Assembly: GCF_006345805.1 (NCBI RefSeq)
Contig: NC_043007.1
Coordinates: forward strand, 61,070,001-61,134,000
Reading direction: 5' to 3'
From: Octopus sinensis
Taxonomy: Eukaryota
Length of the DNA stretch: 64,000 nt
The notes beneath the pieces were generated by a model, which was given only the letters and a program-made list of their open reading frames with translations, had not been told where the DNA came from and made no database searches. Position numbers and translations under genes: made by a program. This document shows positions 1 through 12,716 of this stretch, in pieces; the stretch's first letter is position 1; every line of letters begins with the position of its first letter.

Positions 1-340
1 AATTCACACTCCGGGGCAAACTGTCAAGAGATTCCTCTGCAATATAGTTAAAAAGGTAGTAATAGAGTTTAGTGTATAATGCAGTGGGAACTAGGTACAT
101 GAACATCTTATAGTAAAATGTAACTTCAGTATTTTGATTAAACAGTTGCACTTTGGATGAACAGAAGTTGCAGATTAGTGTATGTACATGCTTAAAGGGA
201 AAGACAGATGAACTTTTGGGTATTTTTTAAAAGTTTGTTCAAAAAGGAGAGCAGTAACCACAGCCAAATGTTTCCAAAGATACTCTCAGATACAGGAGGC
301 ATGTCTATTATTATTAGTATTATTGTTGTTGTAGTCGTGA

Positions 341-655
341 AGGTATGTGGTCTAATAGAGTATTTGGCTTATGATCATACTATCAGGGGTTCAATTCCTG
401 AACTGGGTAGCCCATGGTATCCCTTGAGCAAGGTACTTCATTTCACTTTGCTCCAGTTTATTCAGCTGAAAATGAGTACCAGCCAAGTGCAGCTGTAGCT
501 CTCTCCAGTTGTCACACCCTGGATGTGCCACTGAGTCAAAGTATGGGAGAGATGAAAGAGTGTCTATTTACTCACAATTACATAGGTACCTAAAACTTAG
601 TGAAAGTATGGTACATGTTACCATACCATTCCTGTTCACAGGTAATGGTTGACTT
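341..655 (+). mobile_element. tRNA-derived SINE, family A (degraded)
   Basis: A-box-like TGGTCTAATAG (348-358), B-box GGTTCAATTCC (388-398), then CCCTTGAGCAAGGTACTTCATTTCACTTTGCTCCAGT...AAAATGAGTACC, shared with the copy at 36593. The 3' boundary is approximate. Confidence 0.6.
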
Positions 656-2369
656 AAATTATAATTGTTTTTATTTAATTTTTGCAAATTTTATTTAATT
701 ATCTGTGTTAAAAGGACTGCTTTGGTGCAATAAAAACAAGTCATACACCAGATTACGTACCTTTAGTTTTATATTCTAAGTTTAAACCCAATAAGGCTCA
801 CTTTTGCTCAATATTGACAGAGGAAGATTAATTTATGCTACTCAATTTTCAATTAAGAATAATCAAATTTGTTGCAGTGGTTTAATAAATGTTCAATAAA
901 GATGTATTTCTTGTTCACTACGGTATTTGAATTCTAAGTTACAAAACTACTTTTCAAGGTAAAATAGAAATATAAAAGGCTGTTTGCTATAATTTTAAAA
1001 AAAGAATGTAAAATTCTATGGCTTAATATTTCATTAGAAGAAATTAAAAAAAAAAGTAAACAAAAAACTCCTAGAATATTGGATTTAGAAGAATTAATTT
1101 AGTATTTTTAATAGGTTTTAGTAAAAAAAACCTCTTGATAAATAAAATAAAGTATAAAGGGAGGTAATTAAAATTCTTACAAATTAAGATAAAGTAATTA
1201 AGAAATGAAGGGGAAAATCACATGTACGTCCAGAATAATTAATCCTGCTCAGTTTTCAAGCTAAGAAATAAATGATTATATCTAGCTGGGTTACAGAAGG
1301 AATGTGTATGCTGCTGGTACCAGATTTTGAAATGTTTGGTTGTGAGACTAATATATACACAGTGGTTGGAATGGCAGGATGTACAATACATTGATACATA
1401 ATATCCTCAGCTAAGCAATCAGAGTTTATGTGGTGGTACTGGTGGTGGTGTTAGTGATAGAGGGTAGTTAATGGAGATAGTGCAGTTGCAGTTGGTAGAG
1501 GTATGGTTATATCTGATTTAGTTTGGCTTTGCAAATTTGATAAAAAAAACTATATTGTTGAATAAATTTGATGTTGTGGCATGAGATATTATTAGAATTT
1601 AAATTAAAAGTTTTGTAAAAAGCATGTTATTGTAGGAAGTGTTATTAAGTGAAGAAAATTTTACCAGTTGGGGTAGCCATGTTTAAGTTGTAGCCTATAT
1701 CTGACACTAACATACCGACTCCAATTCACTCATCATTTATTTTCAGTAAAATTGCTTTGTATAGTAAGTTACTCCTTTTAAATTTATTCATTTTCCTCTC
1801 TTTCTATTCCCACTAGCTGTGTTTTCTACTTCCTCACAATAAAGTATATATAATTTACATGACAAATGTATTAAGTTCTCTTTTGAATTGTGGATTCCCT
1901 AATCAGATGATCACACACTTCATATATGTGTGTGTGTGTGTGTGGTTCAGTCAATATATACTGTCACCATAGAAATTTCACAGACAAATAAAATCTGTTC
2001 CTAAGAGTACAAGCAGTCTCAAATTCAGTGGACTTAATATATACTGTGTTGGACATATGTATGAGAAAATAAAATTAAGAAATATACCAAAACCAGTGAG
2101 TTAAGAATATCCAATATGACTAATATTTGAACAAAGGTAAAGTGACAAAGTGAAATAAAGAAAATAACCAGCTCATTAAAAATTATATCATATCATATAT
2201 ATATACATATCTATATGTGTGTGTGTGAATGAATGTGCACATGTGCATGTGTATATAGGTAATTATATGATTAGATCAATGCCATGTTTTCCTGCAAATA
2301 TCCAAGTTGATACCTCTGTTTCAATTCAGTGAATGTGAAGCAGAGTTATCTGCTTATGTATCCCTGGAG

Positions 2370-2482
2370 GGATAAAAGGCAAAGTTGGCCACGGTAGAAT
2401 TTGAACTTAGAATGTAAAGATCTAGAAGAAATATCACTAAACATTTTCCCCAATGCTCTAACAATTCTGCCAGTCCACCATC
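2370..2482 (-). mobile_element. tRNA-derived SINE family B, 5' fragment
   Basis: AAAAGGCAAAGTTGGCCACGGTAGAATTTGAACTTAGAATGTAAAG...ACAATTCTGCCAG aligns to the other family B copies in this window. Confidence 0.6.
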
Positions 2483-2539
2483 ATATAAAAACAGCCCCCA
2501 GATATATGTTTACAAATGACAACCGCCCCCCCCCCCAAA

Positions 2540-2636
2540 AAAAAACCGAATAGCAAAGCATTTCTTGCAACTCTGGTATACATCATACAAAAAACCGAAT
2601 AGCAAAGCATTTCTTGCAACTCTGGTATACATCATA
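2540..2636 (+). repeat. 49-bp direct tandem duplication
   Basis: AAAAAACCGAATAGCAAAGCATTTCTTGCAACTCTGGTATACATCATA occurs at 2540-2587 and 2589-2636, identical. Confidence 0.95.
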
Positions 2637-2849
2637 TACTATGATGTTAGAAATCCATAAAATACACAATACTATGAAATATTATCATTTAATACTAGAA
2701 ATAATGATAATAATCTGGGATACTCCATTTAACAACCAGGAAAGAATTTCCTAGAGTCATATATAATGTTATTGTACAGATGGGTCAATCTCTCCTGGGA
2801 TTTAGAAAAAACACTACTGGAGATTTTGGTATTACAATTGGTTAGCTAT

Positions 2850-3125
2850 TCAGGTCAATAAACCAGATACTGTGGGGGAAATCATATTGACAAAACATGT
2901 CTGCTCATAGATATTTGAATCACAGCAGACTGCAACATCTTTGTGAAAGGACTTCAAAATAGAGGTCTCAAAATGTAGGATCTAAGAAAGACAACTGGAC
3001 TTGTAATCATTGGAGTTTGGGGGATAATATCAAATGGTGCTATTCAATACTATGATCAACTGCCAGGAAACCCAAAAGTATCAGACCTACAAAAAATTAT
3101 TCTCATGTAGCATATCCTAAAAAAC
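2850..3125 (+). mobile_element. 3' remnant of an RLE-type non-LTR retrotransposon (R4/Dong-like restriction-like endonuclease region)
   Basis: Frameshifted translation gives NKPDTV..DKTCLLIDI*ITADCNI, VIIG, QLPGNPKVSDLQKIIL, matching the RLE C-terminal pattern (KPDIV...KTCLLIDI...LPG...LQKIVL). Confidence 0.65.
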
Positions 3126-3386
3126 CGAAATACAAAAAAAAAAGAAAGAAAACAATCTACCAGCCTGAGAATATTTTAATCTTTTAAAATCACAAATATT
3201 ACAACAAACTTTAAACAGTTTTAACAGAATCTTAATTGTCAGTATTTGGTCTCCTTTCATGGCTATTCATAAATAACACCCACAGGAGAATATCTAACTT
3301 ACTGTTTTTTGAGGCTAAGTCTGGGTGAGACTTGGAACAGTTCATATAAAACAATGTAACAATAACAAATTCAAATTTTGGCACAA

Positions 3387-3425
<39 letters not shown>

Positions 3426-3426
3426 T

Positions 3427-3639
3427 CTTTCAACTATAGAAACAAAGTCTGAAATTTTCGAAAGGGGGACCAGTCGATTACATCGATCCCAGTGTTTCAC
3501 TGGTGCTTAATTTATCGACCCTGAAAGGATGAAATGCAAAGTTGATCCCGGTGGAAATGAACTAAGAATGTAAAGAAGAATTAAATACACCATAAGCATT
3601 TCACTTGGCGTGCTAACGATTCTGCCTGCTCACTGCCTT
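3427..3639 (-). mobile_element. tRNA-derived SINE family B (Deu/Nin-like central domain), near full length
   Basis: Reverse complement reads AAGGCAGTGAGCAGGCAGAATCGTTAGCACGCC...CTTTGCATTTCATCCTTTCAGGGTCGATAAATTAAGCACCAGTGAAACACTGGGATCGATGTAATCGACTGG. Flanked by (AAT)n. Confidence 0.8.
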
Positions 3640-3658
3640 AATAATAATAATAATAATG

Positions 3659-3704
<46 letters not shown>

Positions 3705-3719
3705 CAATAATAATAATCC

Positions 3720-3890
3720 TTTCTACTATAGGCACAAGGCCTGAAATTTTGGGGGAGGGGTAAGCCAACTACATCAACTCCTCCAGTACTCAACTGATAC
3801 TTATTTTATGGACTCTCAGAATGTGAAGACAGATGAAATACCACTAAACATTTTGCCTGGCATGCTAATGATTCTGCCTGCTCGCGCCTT
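3720..3890 (-). mobile_element. SINE family B, internally deleted copy
   Basis: Same head and AGGCACAAGGCCTGAAATTTT tail as 3427-3639, central part missing. Confidence 0.75.
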
Positions 3891-4689
3891 CTTTAATAAT
3901 AATAACAATAATGATGAGGATGATGATTACTACCATTTAAAGACTCAGTAACATAAGACATTGTGATTTGGAGTATATAAACAATTTGATTGATAATAAA
4001 TCTGACAGCTCCATTTTTTTCCTTTTCTTCTTAAAGTAGACATCTGAACCACCTCATGGTACATATTGATAACTTGATGCCATGGGTTCTTGAAACTTAC
4101 GGGGACAATCCATAGAAGGGGAACTGTTTGACCTATGAAATACAGTTAATATAGAATAGACAGTTTTCATTCTTGGAATCTTGGCACTAGAAAAATTACA
4201 GCTCAGAGAAGTTGTAGGCTGCTTCTTTAGGTTTTTATAATTGGTGTTTTGAAAATGAAGCAGTGAAAGAAGCAAGAAGTAGTATTTTACAGTACTTGAA
4301 TCAGAAGAAAGTAGTCTGACGGGCTTGCTTTTTTTTTTTATTGCAAGGGAGGTAAATCTGTAACACGTTTGTGCTGATTAAATAAAAGCAAGCAAAAGTT
4401 CTCTACCTCTCTCTCTGATTGGTTCTTGCCTATGTGACCATAAAATATTTATTAAATAAAGGAACGTCTAATTTATATAGTAGCTGTGCAAAATCTGTTT
4501 CTGAACTATTCTTTTCAGTAAGTAAACTTATTTTGACACTAATAATATATTAAACCTATTGAAACAGACTGTCCCTTCTTTTGCTCTTTTCTAATGAATT
4601 GTAGTGCATCTGAGCACTGTTTACAATAAGCCCATTATTATTATTATTATTGCTGTTATTGGTATAATTTGTCCTAATTGTCATAATTT

Positions 4690-6330
4690 GTCCATTTATT
4701 TGCAGTACAGATAAATGCTTCTATCTCTGGCTTTAGACGCTCTTCCTTAGTCACCTCTCTAGCAAACTGGTCGTTCATGTTACATTTCATTTTCTTCTGT
4801 CTTCTTTGCTCTTTCTTTTTTTCCTTCCTTTGTCTCCATGCAAGCATCTTTACCAGAAATTTTCACCTGAATCAGTGTCCTAAGGCACTCTTTACTACTC
4901 CAAACTATTTTCTTCTGAACATATAGAGCTTTCATGCTTGTCTTTGTGCATGATTGGATATAGCCTGTTAATATTGCTCTTGGTGGGGAATGCTCCATGC
5001 ATTGTGAGTAGCTATTACAATTTTCAGTATCACCTCTGTTACTCCTCTTTCCCCCAACCAATAAGACTTGTATCATGCTTCAATATTGCAATTGCTCATG
5101 TAGTGATTGCTTGAAGCTTATTTCTTCCATTTAGCTTTAATTGCAGCACCAGTCTGTTTGGAGATATGCTTGCATAAAGCTTTTCCATCACTTCATTTAT
5201 CTCCAAGGTATTTTATACTGTGTATCATCAATCTTTTTCATGATTTTCCTAATGCTAATTCCTAAGCCTGTTGACTTTCCCCCTCGTCAAGAATATTACT
5301 CTACATTTTTTGAGACTAAATTCCACTTTGATGTCTTTGCTAAAGCAATGAATTGTGTTCGTTAATGAGATGACTTGAGCTTAATCCTTACTGTACAGCT
5401 TGGGATCATTCATAAAATACAGACTTGGATCTTTTGCTGCTTTCCTTTAAACTCATATCCAGATGATACTTTCCTCTACAACAATGTTAAAATAATCATG
5501 CACAAAACACTTTTTCCTTCAAAAACCCCTCTCTTGATTCTTAAAGTTCCAAGGTTCTGTCCATATGTGAACTCTGTCTTCCAATTTTCTATGCTTTTTC
5601 TCAAAAAGCTCTCAACATTCTTCAATTTCAAACATGTTCAATCATTTAATGATCCATGAATGTATTATCATACCATAGGTCTTGTGATAATCTATCCAGG
5701 CCATTGCTAAATTTGTTTTCCTTTGCTTAGTCTTCCATTACAATCTTATCTATGAGCAGCAGGTCTTTAGTTCCTTCTCATTTCCATTTACAACCCTTCT
5801 GCACAATGGGGAGAATTTCATCAGCAATTATTCCAGTGAGCAGTTTCCACATTAATAGGAAGTATGATATGGGTTTGTAATTATTCACAGTATTCCCATC
5901 TGGAAAATCCTTTAAATGCAGTAATGTTTATCCAGTAGTTATCCATTCAGAGATCTTTACGTGTCTGTTGATCAGTGCATTAAACTGTTTTGCTAATTCT
6001 TTTATGGCACCTTGTCAGCTTCTTTACCTAATACCCCTGAATATTATGAGGTTCAGCTGCTTTCCAGTTACTCATCTTCTTACTTGTCACACATTTTCTT
6101 TTACAAATCTAATTTCTTCTTGCAGATACAAAACAGGTTCATTCAGCTTTTGTAGCCACTCAGTGTCAGTATTATGCTTTATGCTATTCTTCTTTACTCC
6201 ATATCTTGCTCCAAAATACACAATTTTCTTCTGCTTTTGGCACAGCTCTTTTGTGTGTGATTTCTTCATCTATTTCTTCATAAAATTTCTTCTGGTCAAT
6301 TTGGAATAATCTATTTTACCTATACTGCTT
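4690..6330 (-). pseudogene. R4/Dong-like non-LTR retrotransposon reverse transcriptase remnant
   Basis: Minus-strand fragments KMSNWKA, NYKPIS..LMWKLLTGIIADEI, QKGCK, KDLLLIDKIV, KTNLAMAWIDYHKTYGMI.HSWI, LKPEIEAFICT; many stops and frameshifts. Confidence 0.75.
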
Positions 6331-6954
6331 CACTCTTTGATAATATCTTATTATTTTGCCTCATTTAGTCAAAATGCAGTGTTTTAGTTCCTTAATAACA
6401 AAATCCAGCCCTTTTCTGTCAATACCATACCTTTCCTTCAGTCTGCCATATTTATACACATTCCTAAGCTTATTTTTTACTTTCTTCCAATATTGATACC
6501 ACCAACAAGCTAATATCTCTCAATACTTTTCTTTTCTATCACAGGGTCTTTGTTTGTAGATTTCTTGCACTATTTGTCCTTTCATTGACTTTCAGTCCCA
6601 AGTTCTCTACAAACTTAACTAGCTATCTAGATAAGCCTATTGATCTCTATCATGTTGTTTGTTCTTATGTACATCAAGATTTTATTAACTCTCATTGTTT
6701 TTTGTTTCAATGTCCACTGATCAGCTTTTTTTTTCAAATCACACACTCATTCTATATTTTGGGAATTTACTAACTCCCTATTATTATTTGATTATCCTCA
6801 GCACCCTGCTTGTTTATGTATTCTATGATAAAAAAATACATTAGTGTCATCAGAATTTTCCATTTGCAGCCACTTCAGATGATCATTATTATTATCATCA
6901 TTATTATTACTATTCTGCTGGGGTTGACTTTGCCTTTCATCCTTTCAGGGTTGA

Positions 6955-7574
6955 TCCATCATGACTACCTGTATGATAAGGGTACACCAGTACATGCATA
7001 CGTCCATATGTGTGCAACATGACGACCTCATATCAAGATAAACAGCACATGATCTTGCAGGTGGGGCCCAGTTATAATTTTCTTCAGGTCCTGGAGCCCA
7101 TCTTTGTTCAAAAGGTCCCTGAATAAGGATAATGAATGACACACCCATGTTTCCAAAGATGAATTATTCAAACCTCAAAGAATTCCTCTCAGCACATGGC
7201 TATGATGCTTCCCTACTACTGCTCATGATCAAAGATGCACATATTGTCAGCTGCTAAAGAACATGCTGAAGTGGTTAGAGCCAAGCAGATGGCAAGCAAA
7301 TCTGTGGTATTGACCAGAATATTTGCTGTAGCCCATTTTTTACAGGAACTCCCTGACCCCTCCAAAAAAAAATACATGTACATGTTAACATTTCCAGTCA
7401 GTTAAAATCAGAAGCCATGTGGGCCACTACCTGGTATTGCCTCAGAGCATTTATTATTATGTTGCTCTCATGCAACATCAGGCAATGGCTCTCATGGCTT
7501 CTGATCTTAATTGGTTGGAAGTGTTAACATGTACATGTTTTTCTTTTGTGTAAAAGATGGGCTACAGCAAATAT
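6955..7574. mobile_element. Unclassified interspersed repeat with an inverted terminal duplication (arms 7319-7450 and 7463-7574)
   Basis: ATATTTGCTGTAGCCCAT...CATGTTAACA...TCAGAAGCCATG...CAGAGCA is mirrored by its reverse complement across a TTATTATTAT centre. Follows a family B SINE fragment (6915-6955). Confidence 0.7.
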
Positions 7575-7721
7575 CCTCATCCTCAAAGTCATCATCATCA
7601 TCGTCACCGCCGCTGCCACCAGCACCATCATGTCAAAACCACAAAAACTGTATTTACATTGTTTATATACACAGATTACACATTCACTTTCTGATCAAAA
7701 ACATTTTATAATAACAGATGT

Positions 7722-7767
<46 letters not shown>

Positions 7768-10020
7768 AGAGTAATATAAAGGAAGAAAATTAGCATCTGG
7801 TCAACAAACTGAAGCATGTTGGTATATTACTGAAAAGATTGTCGTTCATTCTATTCTACATCCATGACCAAGTTACTTAACTTTCAATGGCTAAGGCCAC
7901 CTAGTTGTAGACAGATATCAAATGTTAGTGCAGCTATTTGTATGCAGTAGAAATACCATATAAACGATATGTAGTTTGTTGTTTGTTTACAATGCTGCAT
8001 GCCCGTGCACATGATCACATGAACAGAAGTACATGCACACATGCATATTATTTTGATAATTCAACAATGTTATACCACATGCACCAGTGCAATAAATAAT
8101 GGCAATTATTTTGTCTTCTGAGGTCAGATATATATAATAATATATAGATTATCTGCTCCATTTAATTCAGGAGTAAGTGGGAGGATGGGATTTGTAACTC
8201 ATAAGATTTCTAAAAGATATTAGAAAAGTGAAATAGCTGCAATTGGGAATAAAACCTTGACTGCAGAGACAGTTCTCTGTGAGCTCAGTCCCTACATGTT
8301 GTTGCTTGCTATAAGTGCTATCTTACCCATATTAAAGCAGGTTTCTTTGACAAAGTTGGTGTAAAATAACGAGATACTCCTAACTAATTACTCTGGGTTA
8401 TTTGATAAGTTTTGGGTGATAAAAAGTGAATTAGGTTGGTATACCACCTTAAAATAAACATATCAGTCTTCTAAGTTGCAAAAACTTTTCAGAACTGGTA
8501 CTAAGTTTCAATTTTTATTGTGTTATGTGCATGAGATAGATCTCTCTGAATGTAATACTAGTCTACTGCATATAACATAACCAAAAGATGTCATACCTAT
8601 TCCTGATAGCTATATGAACAGCTTAAATTAACTGTACAGCCAAAATATACTAAAAAAAAAATGACTGCTCTGGGAGAGAACTAATTTCTATGAGATAGTA
8701 ATTTGCTTCTATACTCAGCCACTTTGTTTCTGCTTCACACACACACACACATTATTTAAGCACACATGCACACACATTTATGTTTACTGATTGTCTCAGC
8801 AACAATATCAATCTTCTCTGTATCATTGTCAAATGCAAATACACCCTAATTTCTGTTAGACTTTTAAGAAGCCAATGTTTAGCTTTGGTTTCATGACATT
8901 GAATGGATGACAGAAAAAAATCCTCCCATGAATAAAGTACTAGTCTATCATAAAGAACATTTACATATCCAGATGATCCAGTACCAATTTCTCACAAATA
9001 GGTGGATGAAACCAATCTTTCTAGAAACATGAATTACCTACAGCAGATTTGAACTCATAGTACGTCAGCAGGTAGGCCAATATACTATCCATTTAGTCAA
9101 TCAGGACTACACATAGTTCATTACAAAAGATATTTTCATATCTCATTATTCCATAAAATAGCAGGTTACTTCATTAGTGTTGAGATATTGGAAGTTTGTA
9201 AGAGATTCATAATTTCAGCTCTCAGTTTCACATCTGCTTCAGATTTTCCATCATTTCTTGGAGTAGGGTACTTAATAGTCTTTATATCAAGCTGCCTGGT
9301 TCTATTTTGAACTCAAAACTGGGAACAAAGGAAACTATACACATTATGACATTTAGTCTGATTCTCAAATATCTTACTACCTAATCTATGATTAAATACT
9401 AATGATATTAATGATTTCTTTATTTAAGGAAATTTTACATTTTCTAAGTTACATAAGTTACATAGTTATGGTTTGCCCTTTAACAAGGCAAAGCACCCAT
9501 TCAGCCAGAGATATGATGAAGTCATGGGACTGCAGCATGGCGGATAGCGAAGAGGTAACAGAAGAGCTCAACTTAGCCATTGGTGCTTCTTACACTGAAG
9601 CTGAGCAGAGGAATCCTAGATCAAGAGCCAGGATCACCAAGCTCTATCAAGAGAGTAACTGAAATGCATCTATAGAAGCAGTGTCCATGGTTGTGTAACC
9701 AACCAATGAAAGATCCACTATGACTCAAGCTCCCAATGCAAATTTATAATAATGGAATTAAATGCTGACAGAGAATCATGGGAATATGTGAAAGCAGTGT
9801 AACTAATCGACTGATGTTACATAAAGACTTGTGAAATTTCGAATTTCTAGCAGGACCATAATCTTAAAATTTTTTTTATTTTTTCACATTGAAAATGTTG
9901 AATATTATGTATGCTAAATGAATGCAGAATCTCTAAAATCATCTATTCCAGCATAATTCATTAGGTGGAAGATATACAGAAAGGTTCTCTAGGTCAGAAG
10001 AATTGCAATAAATTGAAATT

Positions 10021-10059
10021 GCACAGTAACTGTACCTGAACCAGGCACAGTTACTGTGC
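10021..10059. repeat. Short palindrome: 18-bp stem (1 mismatch), 3-nt loop
   Basis: GCACAGTAACTGTACCTG-AAC-CAGGCACAGTTACTGTGC. Confidence 0.9.
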
Positions 10060-10290
10060 TTGGTTCAAAACTTAAAGCCTTGAGTATATTTATATGGATA
10101 ACAGATTTATTAAAGCTAATAATATTGTAAATACTGTACTCACGAGTTACTCAATAAAGCCAGTTTTTAAAGATTTCTCAGTTTCTCAAAAAATAATAAA
10201 ATAAAAATAAGATTTCATTGATCTTTGAAAAAAATTCTTATACTTTGTTTCATTTTCAAAAAACAAAACTTTTTAACAAAGAATCTTTAA

Positions 10291-10499
10291 CCCTCTTGGT
10301 AACAACCAATATGATTCATGATACAAACTTGATGTTTTAAAGGGATTTAATTTAAAACCTTCCATAAAAATTTCATGTTCATTTATGTTCCAAAAATAAG
10401 CTTAATTAGGGGTAAGTTATTTTACTAAAATGTTTGTTATTTTCAAAATCAATTTTAACAAAGGCAGAGTATTTCAACAGATATATGGTAATGAAAGTG
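10291..10499. mobile_element. piggyBac-type (TTAA) MITE
   Basis: TTAA at 10287-10290 and 10500-10503; degenerate CCCTCTT...AAAGTG termini; body homologous to the 12495-12716 element in the opposite orientation. Confidence 0.7.
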
Positions 10500-10584
10500 T
10501 TAAATTTCTGATAAAGGTTTTTGCTGATGGTTTTGTAATAAAACTCCATTATTATTTGCAATTAGAACCATCATTATAGTTTTG

Positions 10585-10790
10585 GAGGCCAGTGAAATGG
10601 CAGAATAAGCAGAGAAGTGGAGAAAATATCTTGCAGTATTTATTTTCAATCCTTAGTTACATTCTGAAGTTCAAATCCTGCAGGATCAACTTATACTTTT
10701 CAAAAGAATGAATGATTGTCAAGGAGATATATTTATTCAGCTATATCCTTCCCCTAAAATGTATGGCTTTGTGCTTATGTTAGAGTCAAT
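10585..10790 (+). mobile_element. SINE family B, old copy
   Basis: GGCAGAAT head, TTCTGAAGTTCAAATCC B-box region, CCCCTAAAATGTATGGCTTTGTGC tail. Confidence 0.5.
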
Positions 10791-11114
10791 TATTTTCATA
10801 ATTATAATTTTCTAAAAAGCACTGGAATGGTATATACAGTTGAATACCGAACAAAACACCTCAGTTAAATCCACGAGATTCTGAATTAAAATTACACCAG
10901 TATTCAGTCTACAAACCAGATATAAACTGTGACTGATTCTGTCACTTGGTTCTCTTGTTAATTTGTGGTTTGGTGTCAACGAGAAATCATCATCAACATT
11001 ATTTCAATTATTGTTTTATTGTTTACACATGTATATCTAAATCCCCACTGTCCTTTGTATATGTAAATCCTTGCTGTTCTAAATGCCTTTTTCATTGATG
11101 TAGTCAATAAAGGA

Positions 11115-11150
<36 letters not shown>

Positions 11151-12087
11151 TATAGTGGTATTAGTAGAAGTAGTGGTTGTAGTAGACAGTAATCTTGTGT
11201 ATTGCAAACCATGGCCTAAAGATAGCACTTAAGAATTTGCCAACATTGCCTGGGACACAATAAGACTGTCAGATTCATGCATGATAAAATTGTGCCTTAT
11301 ATATTAAAAACAAACAAATAAATAAATAAAAACTGTAGACGTTCATAAAGAGAAAAAGAAAAAAGAGAAATTTCAACAATTAAATTTTGAGAAATATTAA
11401 CAAAATTAATTCTTATAACAAATTACAGACCATTAACTCCAGTGATTTTCATAATTGTTTGCTTGTTTGCCAGGTCTGTAATTGGTTTTGATTACTGCTT
11501 GCATGATCATTGAAAAAAGTTTAAATTAATTTGATAAAAAGTAAAAAGAATAATAGTAAAAAAAAAAGTTCATTATTATTTATAGTCATGTGATCAAAAG
11601 TCAGAAATAGCTCTTGATTCTCAAAGATGTTACTGCTTTTTTTTCACTCTTTTTTGTTTTTTGTTTTTTCACTTTGGCTGAGATGTAGTAATTAATGTCA
11701 ATAGAATCCAAATGAGTTCTACAAATGACTGTTTGTCATGGGAGAGGACAAAGTCATTAGTTAAACTTTAATAATAAAGATTGTGGTGAGGATGTTCAAG
11801 TCATTCTTTGTTTTATAAATCTACCAGTAGGCCAATGGAGAATTGTACACGCACAGGGATTCCTGTCTAAATACAGGCATGTGGTAATTTGATATAATAA
11901 AAACAATTTCTGACCAAAGATTAACAATTTCTTTCATTGATACTAGCCCATAAATTTGTAGTTGATGACTATAGCCAATTGAATCAATCTCTTTTCATGC
12001 ATAGTAACTATTTATTGACCCCCAGAAAGGTGGAAGGCAAAATGAATACTGAAAGAATTTGAATTAAGATTGCAGAAGTAAGTATTT

Positions 12088-12374
12088 AGTTAATATATTT
12101 AAGAGATGAGGAATTATGTACATTATTTACATTTGATGGATATTTGTCCTCATCTTGTTTGTTAACACATTTCGGATGATATACCCTCTAGCCTTCATCA
12201 GGTGAATAATAATAATAAATAATAATAACACCGAAAAATACCTATGGAATAAGAACCTAGGTTCAAAATTTCCCCAAGACACCTGATGAAGGCTGGAGGG
12301 TATATCAGCCGAAACATTGTGTTAATAACAAACAAGATGAGGACAAATATCCGTCAAATGTAAACAATGTAAAT
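12088..12374. mobile_element. Head-to-head inverted pair of the hammerhead-bearing repeat (no tRNA head retained), inserted in an old SINE B
   Basis: 12088-12204 is the reverse complement of the 3' part of 12205-12374. SINE B similarity runs 12010-12087 and resumes at about 12385. Weak 6-bp TTTAGT direct repeat (12085-12090 / 12379-12384). Confidence 0.85.
12278..12323 (+). ncRNA. Minimal type I hammerhead ribozyme motif (variant)
   Basis: GACAC-CTGATGA-A-GGCTG-GAGGGTATAT-CAGCC-GAAAC-ATT-GTGTT: stem I, conserved core and perfect 5-bp stem II. The G after GAAAC is changed to A (CpG transition). Confidence 0.75.
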
Positions 12375-12494
12375 TTATTTTAGTGTTCTACTATTTTTGC
12401 CACTCCAATAACTGGTGGCCAACAAATAATATGCTTAAAAGATATTTTAAAATGTTGAAATTAGATTTATTTAATTTTAATTTATCTTTATTAA

Positions 12495-12716
12495 CCCTTT
12501 GTTAGCATATTTCTGCTAAACTATGCTGCCTTTGTTTCAAACTGATTTTGAAAATAATGAAGAATGTAGTAAAATATCTTTGTCATTATTAAGCTACTGT
12601 TTGGAACATAAATTAATACAGAATTTTGATAGGAAGTTTCGATTTAGATCATTTTAAAACAAGAAATTTGTATCATAGAACCAAGGGTGGTCTCTGGCAG
12701 CTTGGCATCAAAAGGG
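12495..12716. mobile_element. piggyBac-type (TTAA) MITE
   Basis: TTAA|CCCTTT ... AAAGGG|TTAA with perfect TTAA duplication (12491-12494, 12717-12720). Confidence 0.85.

Noticed and set aside
208-498. 96-aa ORF
   Set aside because: It overlaps an (ATT)-like tract and a SINE head; no recognisable motif or splice context.
9402-9720. 86-aa ORF in a locally GC-richer segment (DSEEVTEELNLAIG...)
   Set aside because: No recognisable homology, weak splice signals, and stops in all minus-strand exon models tried. Left unassigned.
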